Assembly: GCA_002104905.1 (NCBI GenBank)
Contig: MCFE01000488.1
Coordinates: 3,641-67,640 of the forward strand
DNA: 64,000 bases
Source: Basidiobolus meristosporus CBS 931.73
Lineage: Eukaryota; Fungi; Basidiobolomycota
Reading direction: 5' to 3'
This document shows, in pieces, positions 11,814 through 22,827 of the stretch (positions are counted from its first letter, which is position 1; each line of letters starts with the position of its first letter). The notes beneath the pieces are model-generated. The model saw only the letters and a list, made by a program, of their open reading frames with translations. It had not been told where the DNA came from and made no database searches. Position numbers and translations under genes: made by a program.

Positions 11814-13834
11814 ATGGCAGCCACAATCGGAAAAAATCTTGGTAAATTTAAACAGGTGAGAAATCAGAGTCAAGTTCGTTCCACTGGTATACATCCTCAT
11901 TGCCTCTTGAATCACAGTGGACAGGGGAGAAGCTTGGGAAAGCTAATAAAACTGAGTGCAGTGATGAGTTCCAAAGGCTCGAGCAAGAGACTGACTGTAA
12001 GAAAGAGAGCCTCGATAAATTATTCGCTTCCTCGGAGCTCTACCTGAAAACCCTAGGTATATATTTGTGCATATTTGGACGTGGAACGCTTTATTGATTG
12101 TTTTGTTTGTCTCTTTAGAGAAGAAGAAGAAAACCGCTGACGATAAAAACAAGGTCGCTCCTATTGTCTCTTTATCAAACGCTATGATATCTCATGGCCA
12201 GGGGCTCCCAAGAGACTCGCCATATGGTAAGGACCATCGCTATTAACGCCCCCTTATCGTTTTTTCGGTTGACTGACATTGGGCGAACAGGTCAAGCGAT
12301 GATTAAAGTAGGAGAAGCGCAAGAGCAGCTGGCCAGTGCGCAGATGGAATTCGTAAGTACACGGCTGTCTTTTAGTGGAGAATAGTTGTAGATTTTGACT
12401 TCATTTACCTAGGCAATACGGCTTCGTCAAAACTACATTAATGGCTTAGAGAGAGCTCTCAATGATATGAAAGACTTTCAAGTAATCAATTAAGGCTGCA
12501 TAATGCTATTACAAAACTTACCAACCAATGTACAATCTAGCAATCACGCAAGAAACTAGAATCACGCCGTTTGGATTATAACGCCAAACTTAACGCTGTG
12601 CAGAAATCAAAAAAGGAGAAGCCAGAGCTTGAAGAACAAATGAGAGCAGCTGAGATCAAGTATAACGAAACCCAGGACGATACATATCTCCGAATGATCA
12701 ATATCAGTGATTCTGAGGTTCGTTCGCTACCTGTGTCAAGTGATGTGTGTCAAAACTGACAATGTCTGTTTTTAGGAGGCGGACTTGGAGGACTTGAGTA
12801 ATTTCTTTGACTCTCAGCTTGCCTTCTTCCAGAGAGGAGTCGAAATCCTCCTTGCTGCAAAGGGTGTATTTGATCAAAGATCTGCAAAGGAGTACTACGC
12901 AAACAAATCTGCACGTAGAAAGCAGAGCTCCGGGTCACGTGGTGAATCAAACGGAACCCTCCATCGCTCGAAGTCGTTCCACTCTACCTATTCTAATGGT
13001 TATGATGATCATGAGCCCAACGGAGTCAATAACAACTACAATAGAACTACACCTTCAACGCCTGGAAGTACCTATAGTAACTCAGGGACTTACTTCGACC
13101 TCCCTAAAAATAACGACAGTTACAGTGATTATTCCCCTGGACCCGGATCATACCAAAGGTCCAATGTGTCGGCACCTAGGGCCTTCAACCGAGGATCACC
13201 CCCTGAGACTACGCCCCAACTTCGACGCTCGGCAACCCTCCCTGCACCTAGCCACCAGAAAAAGGTCCGCGTGTTATATGGCTTCGATGGCGAATCTGTT
13301 GAGGAACTATCCATACGTAAAGGGGATATTGTAACCGTACTTGATGAAATCGATGATGGCTGGTGGGTAGGCGAGATCATTGATGACAACGGCAGAAGGG
13401 CTGGCATGTTCCCATCCAACTATGTTGAGGAAATTGTCGAACCTCAATATCAGCATCCCCCGCTTCCCAAGAGATCCATCAGTAATAATAACATCAACGC
13501 AACGGTCGGTCGTGCGGATGCAGCCCATTATCAACCCGCTGAGCCTGTAGATATCCCTAATCGCAGAATGGTACCTATCCCCGGTCGACGTGGTAGCCAA
13601 ACCCCCGGGCCCATGCCACTATCTCGTGTGGCCTCCAATAACAGCCTTAATAGAACAATGAGCTCCTCGCCTCGTCCAGTAAGACCCCCAGTTGCTAAAC
13701 CACAATCCTACCTTGCTGGTAGTCAATATGATCCAAGTAATGGTGTTGGGCCATGTTGTGAGTGTGGCTGCGATGAATATACACCCAATGTCTTCAAGAA
13801 AGACAGTTGCAACAATTGTTTCCATCGTCATTAA
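11814..13834 (+). CDS. Endophilin-like N-BAR + SH3 adaptor with C-terminal Cys/His motif; 7 exons
   Basis: Spliced: MAATIGKNLGKFKQ|WTGEKLG...KKLESRRLDYNAK (BAR). SH3 is VRVLYGFDGESVEELSIRKGDIV..DDGWWVG....GMFPSNYV. All introns are GT-AG and in frame. Confidence 0.9.
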
Positions 13835-14736
13835 CAAGCCAATGATTTTTGGATCCAAATCTTGGCTAGGATTTTTAATAGATTTTCCCCTACACATGTG
13901 CCGCCATCAATTCTTACCGTACCACCGTTACAAGTACTCACATACACCTACTACCTCTGATTATCTGTCTCCCTCTAGTCCATGAAGACTCTGTATTCCA
14001 CAAATATATCATATTACCCCCGTCCTACCTGAAAAATTCCACTTGGAGATTTAACCTTACACGAATTTCGGTTATACCGCTGGCTGACTTAAACTATTAA
14101 TAAAAATTCAGGAAATATCCAATTTCTCATGATATGATAACGTCGGTTAAGTGTGGCTCGCTGGAACTAGAAGATTTTGTTGATCCAATACCACAAGTTA
14201 CGAAGAATCCCATCACCTCACCTCCACATTACCGAAGTGTATATGTTATGCTGCTGAATCCCTGCGCTTCGGTAACAGGGCTGGTTATATAATATTGTCA
14301 GTTGTTGACAAACTTTAACCGTCCAATGAACGGTCGAAAAAGACTAATCATTGGGTGAAGATGATTTGATAAAGTTGAAAAAACAAATGAATTTATTGGC
14401 TGAAAGATCGCAACCGAGTTAGGAGTGACAATGATAAACAATAGCTTTTTCCATCGAATCCTTGCCAATTCACTGGTTATATATGTTTTGAGTAGGTTTT
14501 ACGCTATGGGTGATCCGATGCTTCATGATTTTCAATGTTTGTAGACCCCTGTCGATTGTTTATTTACTTATTCGAGTGTCCAATGAGCTTCGTCAAATAT
14601 CTTTGAAAAAGGTACACACCGGGTGGGATACTTAAGTGCAGCAAATATATTCCCCTCAACTTGAATACGTTTATTAACACTCGATACCTTCAGTCCTTCG
14701 CCTGTATTATTCCCTTCTAGCAACACTTCACCAAAG

Positions 14737-16692
14737 ATGGAGTTCTCTGTGGAGAAAGATATCGGATGCCATGAAAGTCTTTACACTTTGAATCTTGCAA
14801 GGATGCAAAGAATGCTGCGTTCGTTTCGGTCAAAGTTGAACGCTATTATCAACGATGCAAAATCCTCCCCAAGTGCGTTTGCCGCGTATGTTTCGGAACA
14901 AAGTAACCACAAAAACAAACACAACATCAGAGTGACTTACGGGAAGCGGGGTGGGAGGTCTATGTACGCTACAACTTCTAGCACGAAAATTGGGTCTTTT
15001 GAGTCTACTATCATGAAGCACGAAGCCTCACTGCTGGAGGCCTTTAGACACCTGTTGGTCAAATTATGGATTACCCCTTCCAAACAAAGCCAGGGCTATT
15101 CTTCGAAGCCTCCGTCGTTAGGCATGTTGGCTTCGCAAGTTCTTGGAAACCATTTGGGAAGAGAGGAATCTCACGAGCAGGCAGCTAAATACTATCAGAT
15201 TATCCCTGGCCACTTCCGGAGACATACTCTTGTTGCTCATCTTATCCAAGAATGTAGGAAGTATGTTCGCTCATACAATTTTTATCGAAATCTGCTGGAT
15301 ATCTGTGTTGAACACAGATTGGATCATCAGGTACAAACCAATTTCGTCATCAGCCCACCCCTTCCTTAAACTCATCCAAATATTCTTTAGGCTAGTGAGT
15401 TGCTGGATTACTTATTAGAAGTGCGTCCACTTGGATTGCAACAAGATTTCCATTACTTTTATACAATCGCAGTGAAGTCCAATTGTGTTCATACACTCGT
15501 ACGCAAACTGGAATCTTCCATGTCAACCGAGCAATTCTTACGCTCTGGATTCACAGAATTCGCCATGAAGCTTTCGTCTCCTTATCAGGCTATACAACTC
15601 TTGTCCATTGCTTGGAAATCGTTAATCGAGCAGGCCACCCACAGAAAATCTATCCTCAAAGATCCTTTGGTCCAGATTCGTATTGGCCAATGGACATCAG
15701 CCATAGTGGCGAAATTCATGGCCATTCAAGAGAACCACATGACGTGCTCTGTTGATGCTGAACACTGCGTCAGAATAATCAGTCAATTATCGAACACACT
15801 GATGGCAGCCAAGATACCATTCTTCGCATCATGTCACCTTTCGTTGAATTTAGCTCTACTGAATTCGATGTTCATACACAAGCAATCTGCTATTAGTGTC
15901 GGTACTAATTATTGGGTGAAGCAAATCAGAAGACTCTTCCTCGCCAATGGCAGTGTTAGCCTTGATGTAGTGGTTACCTCCTACCGAACACATCAAAACC
16001 TTCTCGCTCTTGCTCGCACTTGTCAGACATTTGGTCTGTACTCAATCGGGATTGCCATTGTTAATAGCGCTCTCTCACGGTACTGCGAAATTCGCGGGGA
16101 ATCCGATCTCTCCACGTGCCCTACAGTGAAGGAGCTGACCATATTTGTGAGAGAGCTGGAGAGGAGAGGCATCTCAAAAGGTGCCCATATATCCAAAATC
16201 TATGAAGATCTTACCTTTGACTCTTGGTTGGAATGCTCACCTACTACGAAAACACAAACCTACGGATTGACCTTCCCTACTCAATCGGGCAAAGTCTATA
16301 ACGACTCCAAGCGTGCTCTTCGGTCCAAACATGAGGGATATCGCAGCAGTAACCTTGGAAACAAACGGAAGAGCTCCAACCAAGGAGCGGACGATGAGTA
16401 CTCACCCTGTGCGACGAAAAAAGCCAAAACCCAGTCTATTCGCCATGTAAGAAAGCCTCTAAGCGACCTTACTTCCATGCGAAATGCCCCTGTAAGGCCT
16501 CGCCGTCAAAACGCAGGGAAAGGAGTACGCCAGTTTTGGGTGGTTCCTTCGAAAGGAATGGAAAGTGACGAAAATCACCATCCACCTACACCAGCCCCGA
16601 TTCCTGTCAGAAGTACAGTTCAGGAATCACACCTGAATATGAAGCGAGTTCGTGTTTTGCCACCAACCGAAATAGATGAACTGTGTATATAG
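14737..16692 (+). CDS. Uncharacterised protein (~631 aa): helical N-terminal/central region, basic disordered C-terminus; one intron 15331-15390
   Basis: ORFs 14737-15369 and 15400-16692 are joined in frame by a phase-0 GT-AG intron (CAG|gtacaa...ctttag|GCT). No family recognised. Confidence 0.75.
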
Positions 16693-18664
16693 ATTTTGTT
16701 CTATCTCCCATTAACAATGTACATACTTTGATTTCTGTCTATGGTTCCACTTGGGCACTAGATAATAAATTACGCTTGTCCTGAAGTATAATAGAATCAC
16801 TTGTTCATCATCCAATAGATGCTCTGTATAGAACACTGGTACTGGCCGAAACGTACTGCCTGCCATTCTATTTTTAGATTTGGGAATTGGGATTATTTTA
16901 CGTCATCCACGTCATGGATCTCTATAATGATTAATATTGACATGGCTAGCCAATTAGGAGACACCAATATATCGAAAGAATGCTATTCGATGGTATCTTA
17001 CTGTGGGGCAACATCGATTCCAGTCAATTAAAAGCAAATTGCATCCGTAATTTTCAGCAGCACCGTGATCTGGTAAACAAACCCATAACATAATACGCCC
17101 AAGTACAGGCTGGGCTAGTCTCTAGACGAGTGAAAAGTGATGTGGGAATATTTTATGGCTTACTACGGCGGCTAAGTATCATCCGCACGTTACTTTGCGT
17201 ATTTCCATTCCAGACCTACTTGTTTGGCTGAGCAGACCATTTCAGACATTTGTGTAGTGGTTGCAAGGTCAATTAGGTAGTTTTGTTTATTACTGGATTC
17301 GTTATTATTATTGCAATATCTAATGTCATACCAATGACCGTATCATTCATTGACTAGATTTCCTAGTCTAATATGGGCCTATTATTACTGCCGTTTTAGC
17401 TTTGTATCGCCATCACTCACAAATCCACTATCAACAACATCCAAGACTTCGTCCTTTTCAGATCACTGGTTATTGAACTGGTTTTAGATTCGGTTGGCAG
17501 AAAGCATTGTTGTTTCCAAACGAGCATTGAACTTACGTGACGGATAGAGGCGATATGGTTTGAGTGTGGCTTTCCAATCAGGTATATTCCGTTGTGAGTG
17601 ATACTTGGGGAAGGTTCGAACAGGGTGAATCGCCCAAGATTAGTCTGATGCATTGTATCAGTATGTTTTAGGGTTTATTGGAGGATAGTTTTCATGCTAC
17701 ATCATACAGTAGGAGTTATCACTGAGCGCTCCTTCCGCAAATCCCCTTACTTCTTAGCACTTCCTGCAACTGCCCAGTTGACAGAAACCTGGTCAGGTAC
17801 CTATACCGGCGGACTTAATCAATACTCTTGAGATGGAAAGGTCGATGTGATGTATCTCATTCAATTCAATAGACGCCAAGCCGCCAATAGGCAAAATTCA
17901 GGCAGGTTTTGCTGAGATTATTTGGTGGATATGAGCTAGTGCCTCACTTGGGAGTAGGATAGTGTTGCTGTCATTAATCAAACGATATAGGCGCTACCTC
18001 GTTAATGATATGTAGTGAATAGTGTTACTGGTATATGTGAAATATATTATTAGGTTATCGGATCGCCTAAACCGCTGCTGATTCTGCTTCTACCTCCCCA
18101 ACCTATCATGATGATTACAGACATATATATAGCATTCCATTTTATGTATAGACCTGGATCCAAAGATCTTGTAATGTTCATATGTTTGGAAAATATTGAG
18201 GTACATTGCTGTTTCGAACTGTACATGTACATACATTGACGGTCGATGTACACTCCGTTGACTCTGTGCATAACCATCGTAATATCTAGGTACTGACGAC
18301 TTGCTTCACTGCGACAGCAATGTTGCGCATTTCGTCTGTTCACAACCTATGTATATATATGCTAATGGGTATTTATGGTGCCTGTCTTCCTACCTGGCCA
18401 GAATATACTCTTGCATATATTAGAACAATCATCCCTAAGAATCGGCATATTTTGCAAACTGCTAAAGAGAATGGCTACTCAATAACCATGACTGGATCCT
18501 ACACCAGTATTAGGCATTTCAATTCAAGCCATCGATACACTTCAAGAATTTCTGCCTAGAGTTGTGACTATGGATTTACCACGTGATGAATGGAATTTTC
18601 TAAATATCAGCATTTGTATGTCAGCCATAGGTTTCATGTCAAAGTATGTGCCAGAATGTAGCCA

Positions 18665-18671
18665 TATATAA
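18665..18671 (+). promoter_or_regulatory. Putative TATA box
   Basis: TATATAA about 80 nt upstream of ATG 18750. Confidence 0.45.
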
Positions 18672-18749
18672 GGTAGGACATCTTGTACGTAAAAATCAAA
18701 ACTTACATTCTGTCATCAGTAACACATCAGGCCCTTTTAAATCCAGCTA

Positions 18750-19289
18750 ATGAGATTCCTAACCCCCCTCATTCTTTTTGCCTCACTCTTACCTTTCGTC
18801 CGCTCTGATTGTCCCGAGGACACCGCGGTGTTTTTCCAAACACTGCCCGAGGGACCGGTGACTCAGCCGGTGAATGGAGTGAATGTCAGCGATGGTGCCA
18901 TTTATCTTCGGCGAGGAGTCACTCAGCTCGGTCATAAAGAGAGTCAATGGAGCCCAACCAACACGGACCCAGTCATTTTCTCATTCCCGCAGACAGTGGA
19001 CTCGACAGAAGTGGGTCTTGTTGCCTGCGGGATGCGTGGAGAAGGTGCTTTTGTTGACGCATATAATGCCCAAGACGAACTAATATCCACAAAGAGCTAT
19101 GCAGGCGGGGGATGTGGAAGAGTCTCGTCTTCGTTATATGATGAGGCCTCGACAACAGTAACTCTGGACGGTAATGGAATCAAATACCTACATGTTTATT
19201 ATAAACTTAATCCAGTTCCCTGTCATACCACTGGTCAGTGCAACTATGGTGTAGCCATCAGAAGTGTGAAGTATCATTGTGAGGCTTAA
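18750..19289 (+). CDS. Small secreted Cys-containing protein (179 aa, intronless), probable beta-sandwich
   Basis: Signal peptide MRFLTPLILFASLLPFVRS|D, 6 Cys, alternating beta-strand patterns, upstream TATA. Confidence 0.8.
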   Translation: MRFLTPLILFASLLPFVRSDCPEDTAVFFQTLPEGPVTQPVNGVNVSDGAIYLRRGVTQLGHKESQWSPTNTDPVIFSFPQTVDSTEVGLVACGMRGEGAFVDAYNAQDELISTKSYAGGGCGRVSSSLYDEASTTVTLDGNGIKYLHVYYKLNPVPCHTTGQCNYGVAIRSVKYHCEA

Positions 19290-19992
19290 CCATTGTCAAT
19301 GGGACTTCACGCTGCCTAATCACTTTATTCATAAATGCAAATTTTAAATCTATTGGCCACAAAACCACACGTTTTATTAAACAGAATTTGATGCCTGTCA
19401 ATCTTGATTAAAATTCGGAACATAAACTAAACATAGAATGTCTTTTCATCATACTACTTGACTAGAGCAGAAAGACTCCGTTCAAAGCTAGATTACATAG
19501 AGATGGTCCTCACCATACCGAATCATCAATGTGCATTTAGGTCTTCAAAAAGGCGTTGAAGTCACCCTGGGGTGGTTGCGGACCGGGAACATGTCTCCAT
19601 GAGGATGGTAACTGTCACACTATACTATCTGACCTCAGTGTTGAGCAACCATTTCGTTGCTGCGACATGGCAGGCTGTGGTAACATCTGCATAACATCAC
19701 TAGTCAATATAGCATGGTACGGTGATCTCAACTCCACGAGGATGGCTTGTCTATATCTGGCTTATTTTGGTAATAAATGCGTCTCCCAGATAATTTTCTC
19801 ATCAAAAAAGGTGTTATCTTCAATCAGTGACTGTACTTTCGGAAGACACGGCCAATATCTTCGGAATAATGAGTATACCCTTCAGTCATGCCAATCAAAT
19901 CTGAATCTTCGTAGCGATCGATGAAAATCGAGCTATCACACGTATTACTAATCATCACAACTTCCATTTTTTTCTGAATGCAATAGAACCTG

Positions 19993-20000
19993 TATATAAA
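19993..20000 (+). promoter_or_regulatory. Putative TATA box
   Basis: TATATAAA about 45 nt upstream of the ADH ATG at 20046. Confidence 0.5.
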
Positions 20001-20045
20001 TGCCACTGTCGGCTTCTCTTTCTGGTACTATTCCCCACATTCATA

Positions 20046-21098
20046 ATGCTCAGCAACAACGAGACCCAATTCGACTGTTATGCTTGCCACGGCAAAGACC
20101 AAGCTCTTCAGCCTTGGGCATACACACCACGCCCACTTGGCGAGGACGATGTAGAGATTGCTATTTCACACTGTGGTATTTGCGGCTCTGATATTCACAC
20201 CTTAGATTCCGGATGGGGAGCCACCAAATACCCGGTTGTGGTCGGTCACGAAATTATTGGCAAGGTGGTCGATAAAGGTCCTCGTGTCTCTGGACTTGAG
20301 ATTGGTGATAGAGTCGGTGTGGGACCACAGGTGTTTGCCTGTTTGAAATCCGATTGCAAGGCTTGTAGCACTGGAAATGACGCCACTTGCACAAAATATG
20401 TTGGTGCTTATAACGGCACATATGCTGATGGAGCGAAATCTTATGGTGGATACTCTAAAGGCGTCCGAGTACTTTCTCACTATGCTTTCAAAATCCCTGA
20501 TGTCATCGATTCTGCCGAGGCTGCTCCTATTCTTTGTGCCGGTGTTACCGTCTTCACACCTATGAGAAGACACGGTGTTAAGGAGGGACACCGTGTTGGT
20601 GTTGTTGGGATTGGTGGCCTTGGCCATTTGGCTCTTCAATACGCAAAGGCCCTTGGCGCCGAAGTCACCGCTATCTCCACATCCACCAACAAGAAGGCAG
20701 AGGCACACAAATTAGGGGCAACCCACTTTGTCAACTTGAGAGATGATGCCGATATGAAGGCTGCTTCCCGCTCGTTAGACTATCTATTTATCACTTCTAA
20801 CGCTACCGACGCACCTTACGATAAGTACGCTAGTTTGTTGGATGTGTTCGGCAAGATAATCTTGCTCGCCGCACCTGAAGACAATATCAAGATCAGTCCC
20901 TTCAGCTTGATCCCCAAAAACATTACTCTCGCTGGAAGCATCATTGGATCCATCGAGGATCAGAAGGCAACTTTGGAGTTTTCTGCTAAACACAACATCC
21001 GTCCCATTATTGAGAAACTACCAATGGAGAAGGTCAATGAAGGACTTCAGCATGTTCGTGATGGAAAGGTTCGCTACAGAGTTGTACTCGAAAACTAA
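20046..21098 (+). CDS. Zn-dependent NADP alcohol dehydrogenase, cinnamyl-ADH/ADH6-like (350 aa, intronless)
   Basis: Motifs CGICGSD, GHEIIG, structural Zn site (CLKSDCKAC...C), APILCAGVTV, GIGGLGH and VRYRVVL. Confidence 0.95.
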   Translation: MLSNNETQFDCYACHGKDQALQPWAYTPRPLGEDDVEIAISHCGICGSDIHTLDSGWGATKYPVVVGHEIIGKVVDKGPRVSGLEIGDRVGVGPQVFACLKSDCKACSTGNDATCTKYVGAYNGTYADGAKSYGGYSKGVRVLSHYAFKIPDVIDSAEAAPILCAGVTVFTPMRRHGVKEGHRVGVVGIGGLGHLALQYAKALGAEVTAISTSTNKKAEAHKLGATHFVNLRDDADMKAASRSLDYLFITSNATDAPYDKYASLLDVFGKIILLAAPEDNIKISPFSLIPKNITLAGSIIGSIEDQKATLEFSAKHNIRPIIEKLPMEKVNEGLQHVRDGKVRYRVVLEN

Positions 21099-21565
21099 AT
21101 CACTTATTCGCCCTTTAAATAAATTCCAAAATTGCCTGTTATAATGTAATTATCCTAGTTACTCGTTTTGATTCGATATGCACGGGTAGATTGTTTAGTA
21201 CATAAGATATGTGCTGTAGGAGGCCAATGCAATGGGCCCCCGTATTTCTCCACCTCAGTATATCGGCACAATGTCAGTGAAGTAGACAACTTGCTGCTTG
21301 CATGACACAGGCTAACTATACCAAGGGTATAATATCTCCAACTCCCAGAGAAGGGCTCTCTAACAACTCTATTGATGTTCATGGTCAGCGTTGCAGGCCA
21401 AGTTCTAGACATATTTACTATGCCGTATACCATTAAAGAATGCACTTCGAAAAGGAAAGTGGAGCCATTAGAGAGAGATTCTATTTAATTTAATGCTTAA
21501 GTTGGGAGAAAATCGTTTTCCAGGTATTGAGGTACCTGATGTTCCATTTGAAAAGAAAGGTTACT

Positions 21566-21838
21566 CTAATTCTTGGACAATTCGACACGGAGGACACGGT
21601 CGTTTAAGGACTGGCCATTAATGCTGGAAACGGCTTTTTCGGCCTCGGCTTCCTCCATCTTAACGAAGGCATAACCTCGACGACGAGGCAAAGAAACTTC
21701 GCTTACAGTACCATGTTGGGAGAAGAGTTCTTTAAGTTGTTCGGGTTTTGTCTTCTTTGAAAGGTTTCCGACGAACACGGACTTGGTAGCGTAGCCACGA
21801 ATGGCGGTAATTTGTCTGCTAGCAATTCTGAACATCAT
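21566..21838 (-). CDS. Minimal single-RRM protein with predicted mitochondrial presequence (90 aa, intronless)
   Basis: N-terminus MMFRIASRQITAIRGY|AT is Arg-rich, acid-free and has an R-x-Y|A cleavage motif. RNP2 is VFVGNL, RNP1 is RGYAFVKM, and it ends LRVELSKN. Confidence 0.85.
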   Translation of the reverse strand: MMFRIASRQITAIRGYATKSVFVGNLSKKTKPEQLKELFSQHGTVSEVSLPRRRGYAFVKMEEAEAEKAVSSINGQSLNDRVLRVELSKN

Positions 21839-22827
21839 AGAACAAAGAGTAATAAGGTATGGTCCGCTCCTTGGAATCTTTATAGAATTATCAACAGGAT
21901 ATTCAAATTTTTTTGATCATCTCACCTAGCTCTGTGACCACGCTAGGAGTGAAAATTTTCATGCAATCAACCCACAGGTATCAATATATGGGAACCTAGT
22001 CACTATGCCACACGTGTTTTCGAAGCTTAAAAATCCGTGCGGGTTTAGAATTAATGGCTTGGTTCTTTGTGAGATGCACATAACTTGTTCAGGAATAAAT
22101 CATCCTGCAAAGTTAGACATGCATTTTCCATCCTCCCACCCAAGTAGCAAATACGTAGACATAGTCGTAATTCCAGCTTGTCTGGTTGCAACATTCACAC
22201 GCTGGACATCAACTGTTTGAATTTTGTGAAACTATAGCATGTCGCTTGATGTGCTAAAGTATGTCACTTATTGTTGCTAGCTCCTCTCGACTGACGTACT
22301 GGGTGCTCTTACACAGATGAGCACCATGCATATTTACATGGATTGACGGACAAAATCCAAGTGATTCCTGGATGCCATTCCATATGTAGAATTGATTGTT
22401 TGAGACAGGAATCAGTTCCCATAGACATCTGTTTCTCATTGAAACCTAGACATTCCGGAACCACGGCGGGACTAATTGGGATACATTGAACAAATTATAC
22501 TAAAACTCCATTTTATACGGAATCACCTCCTAACCACACTACTTGGGCCTTAACATCGGGAAATAGCGAACAGTGTGGGGAATACAAAAATGATGTCTAT
22601 TGCAGCGAAACCTCCAAATATGCCAGAGGCGTGAGGTGGGTCTCCTATCACTCTCTTTTCCGCTATAAATAGCTTGGCCATGCTTGAATGCATCAAATCC
22701 TAGCATCCAACCGACTCCTGTTGAATCATATTTACTTTCGCGTTTAATTCTTACTCTTGGTGTACATAGTTCGTCACAACTCATCTTCAGCTCACAGTAC
22801 ACACCACTGCACAGACCATTTTCTCTC

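Noticed and set aside
19556-19924. Cys-rich 122-aa ORF upstream of ADH
   Set aside because: TTG start, no signal peptide, and it overlaps the probable ADH promoter region.
20202-20708. Long antisense ORFs over coding genes (also 8401-8844 and 52106-52729)
   Set aside because: Shadow ORFs opposite well-supported CDSs.
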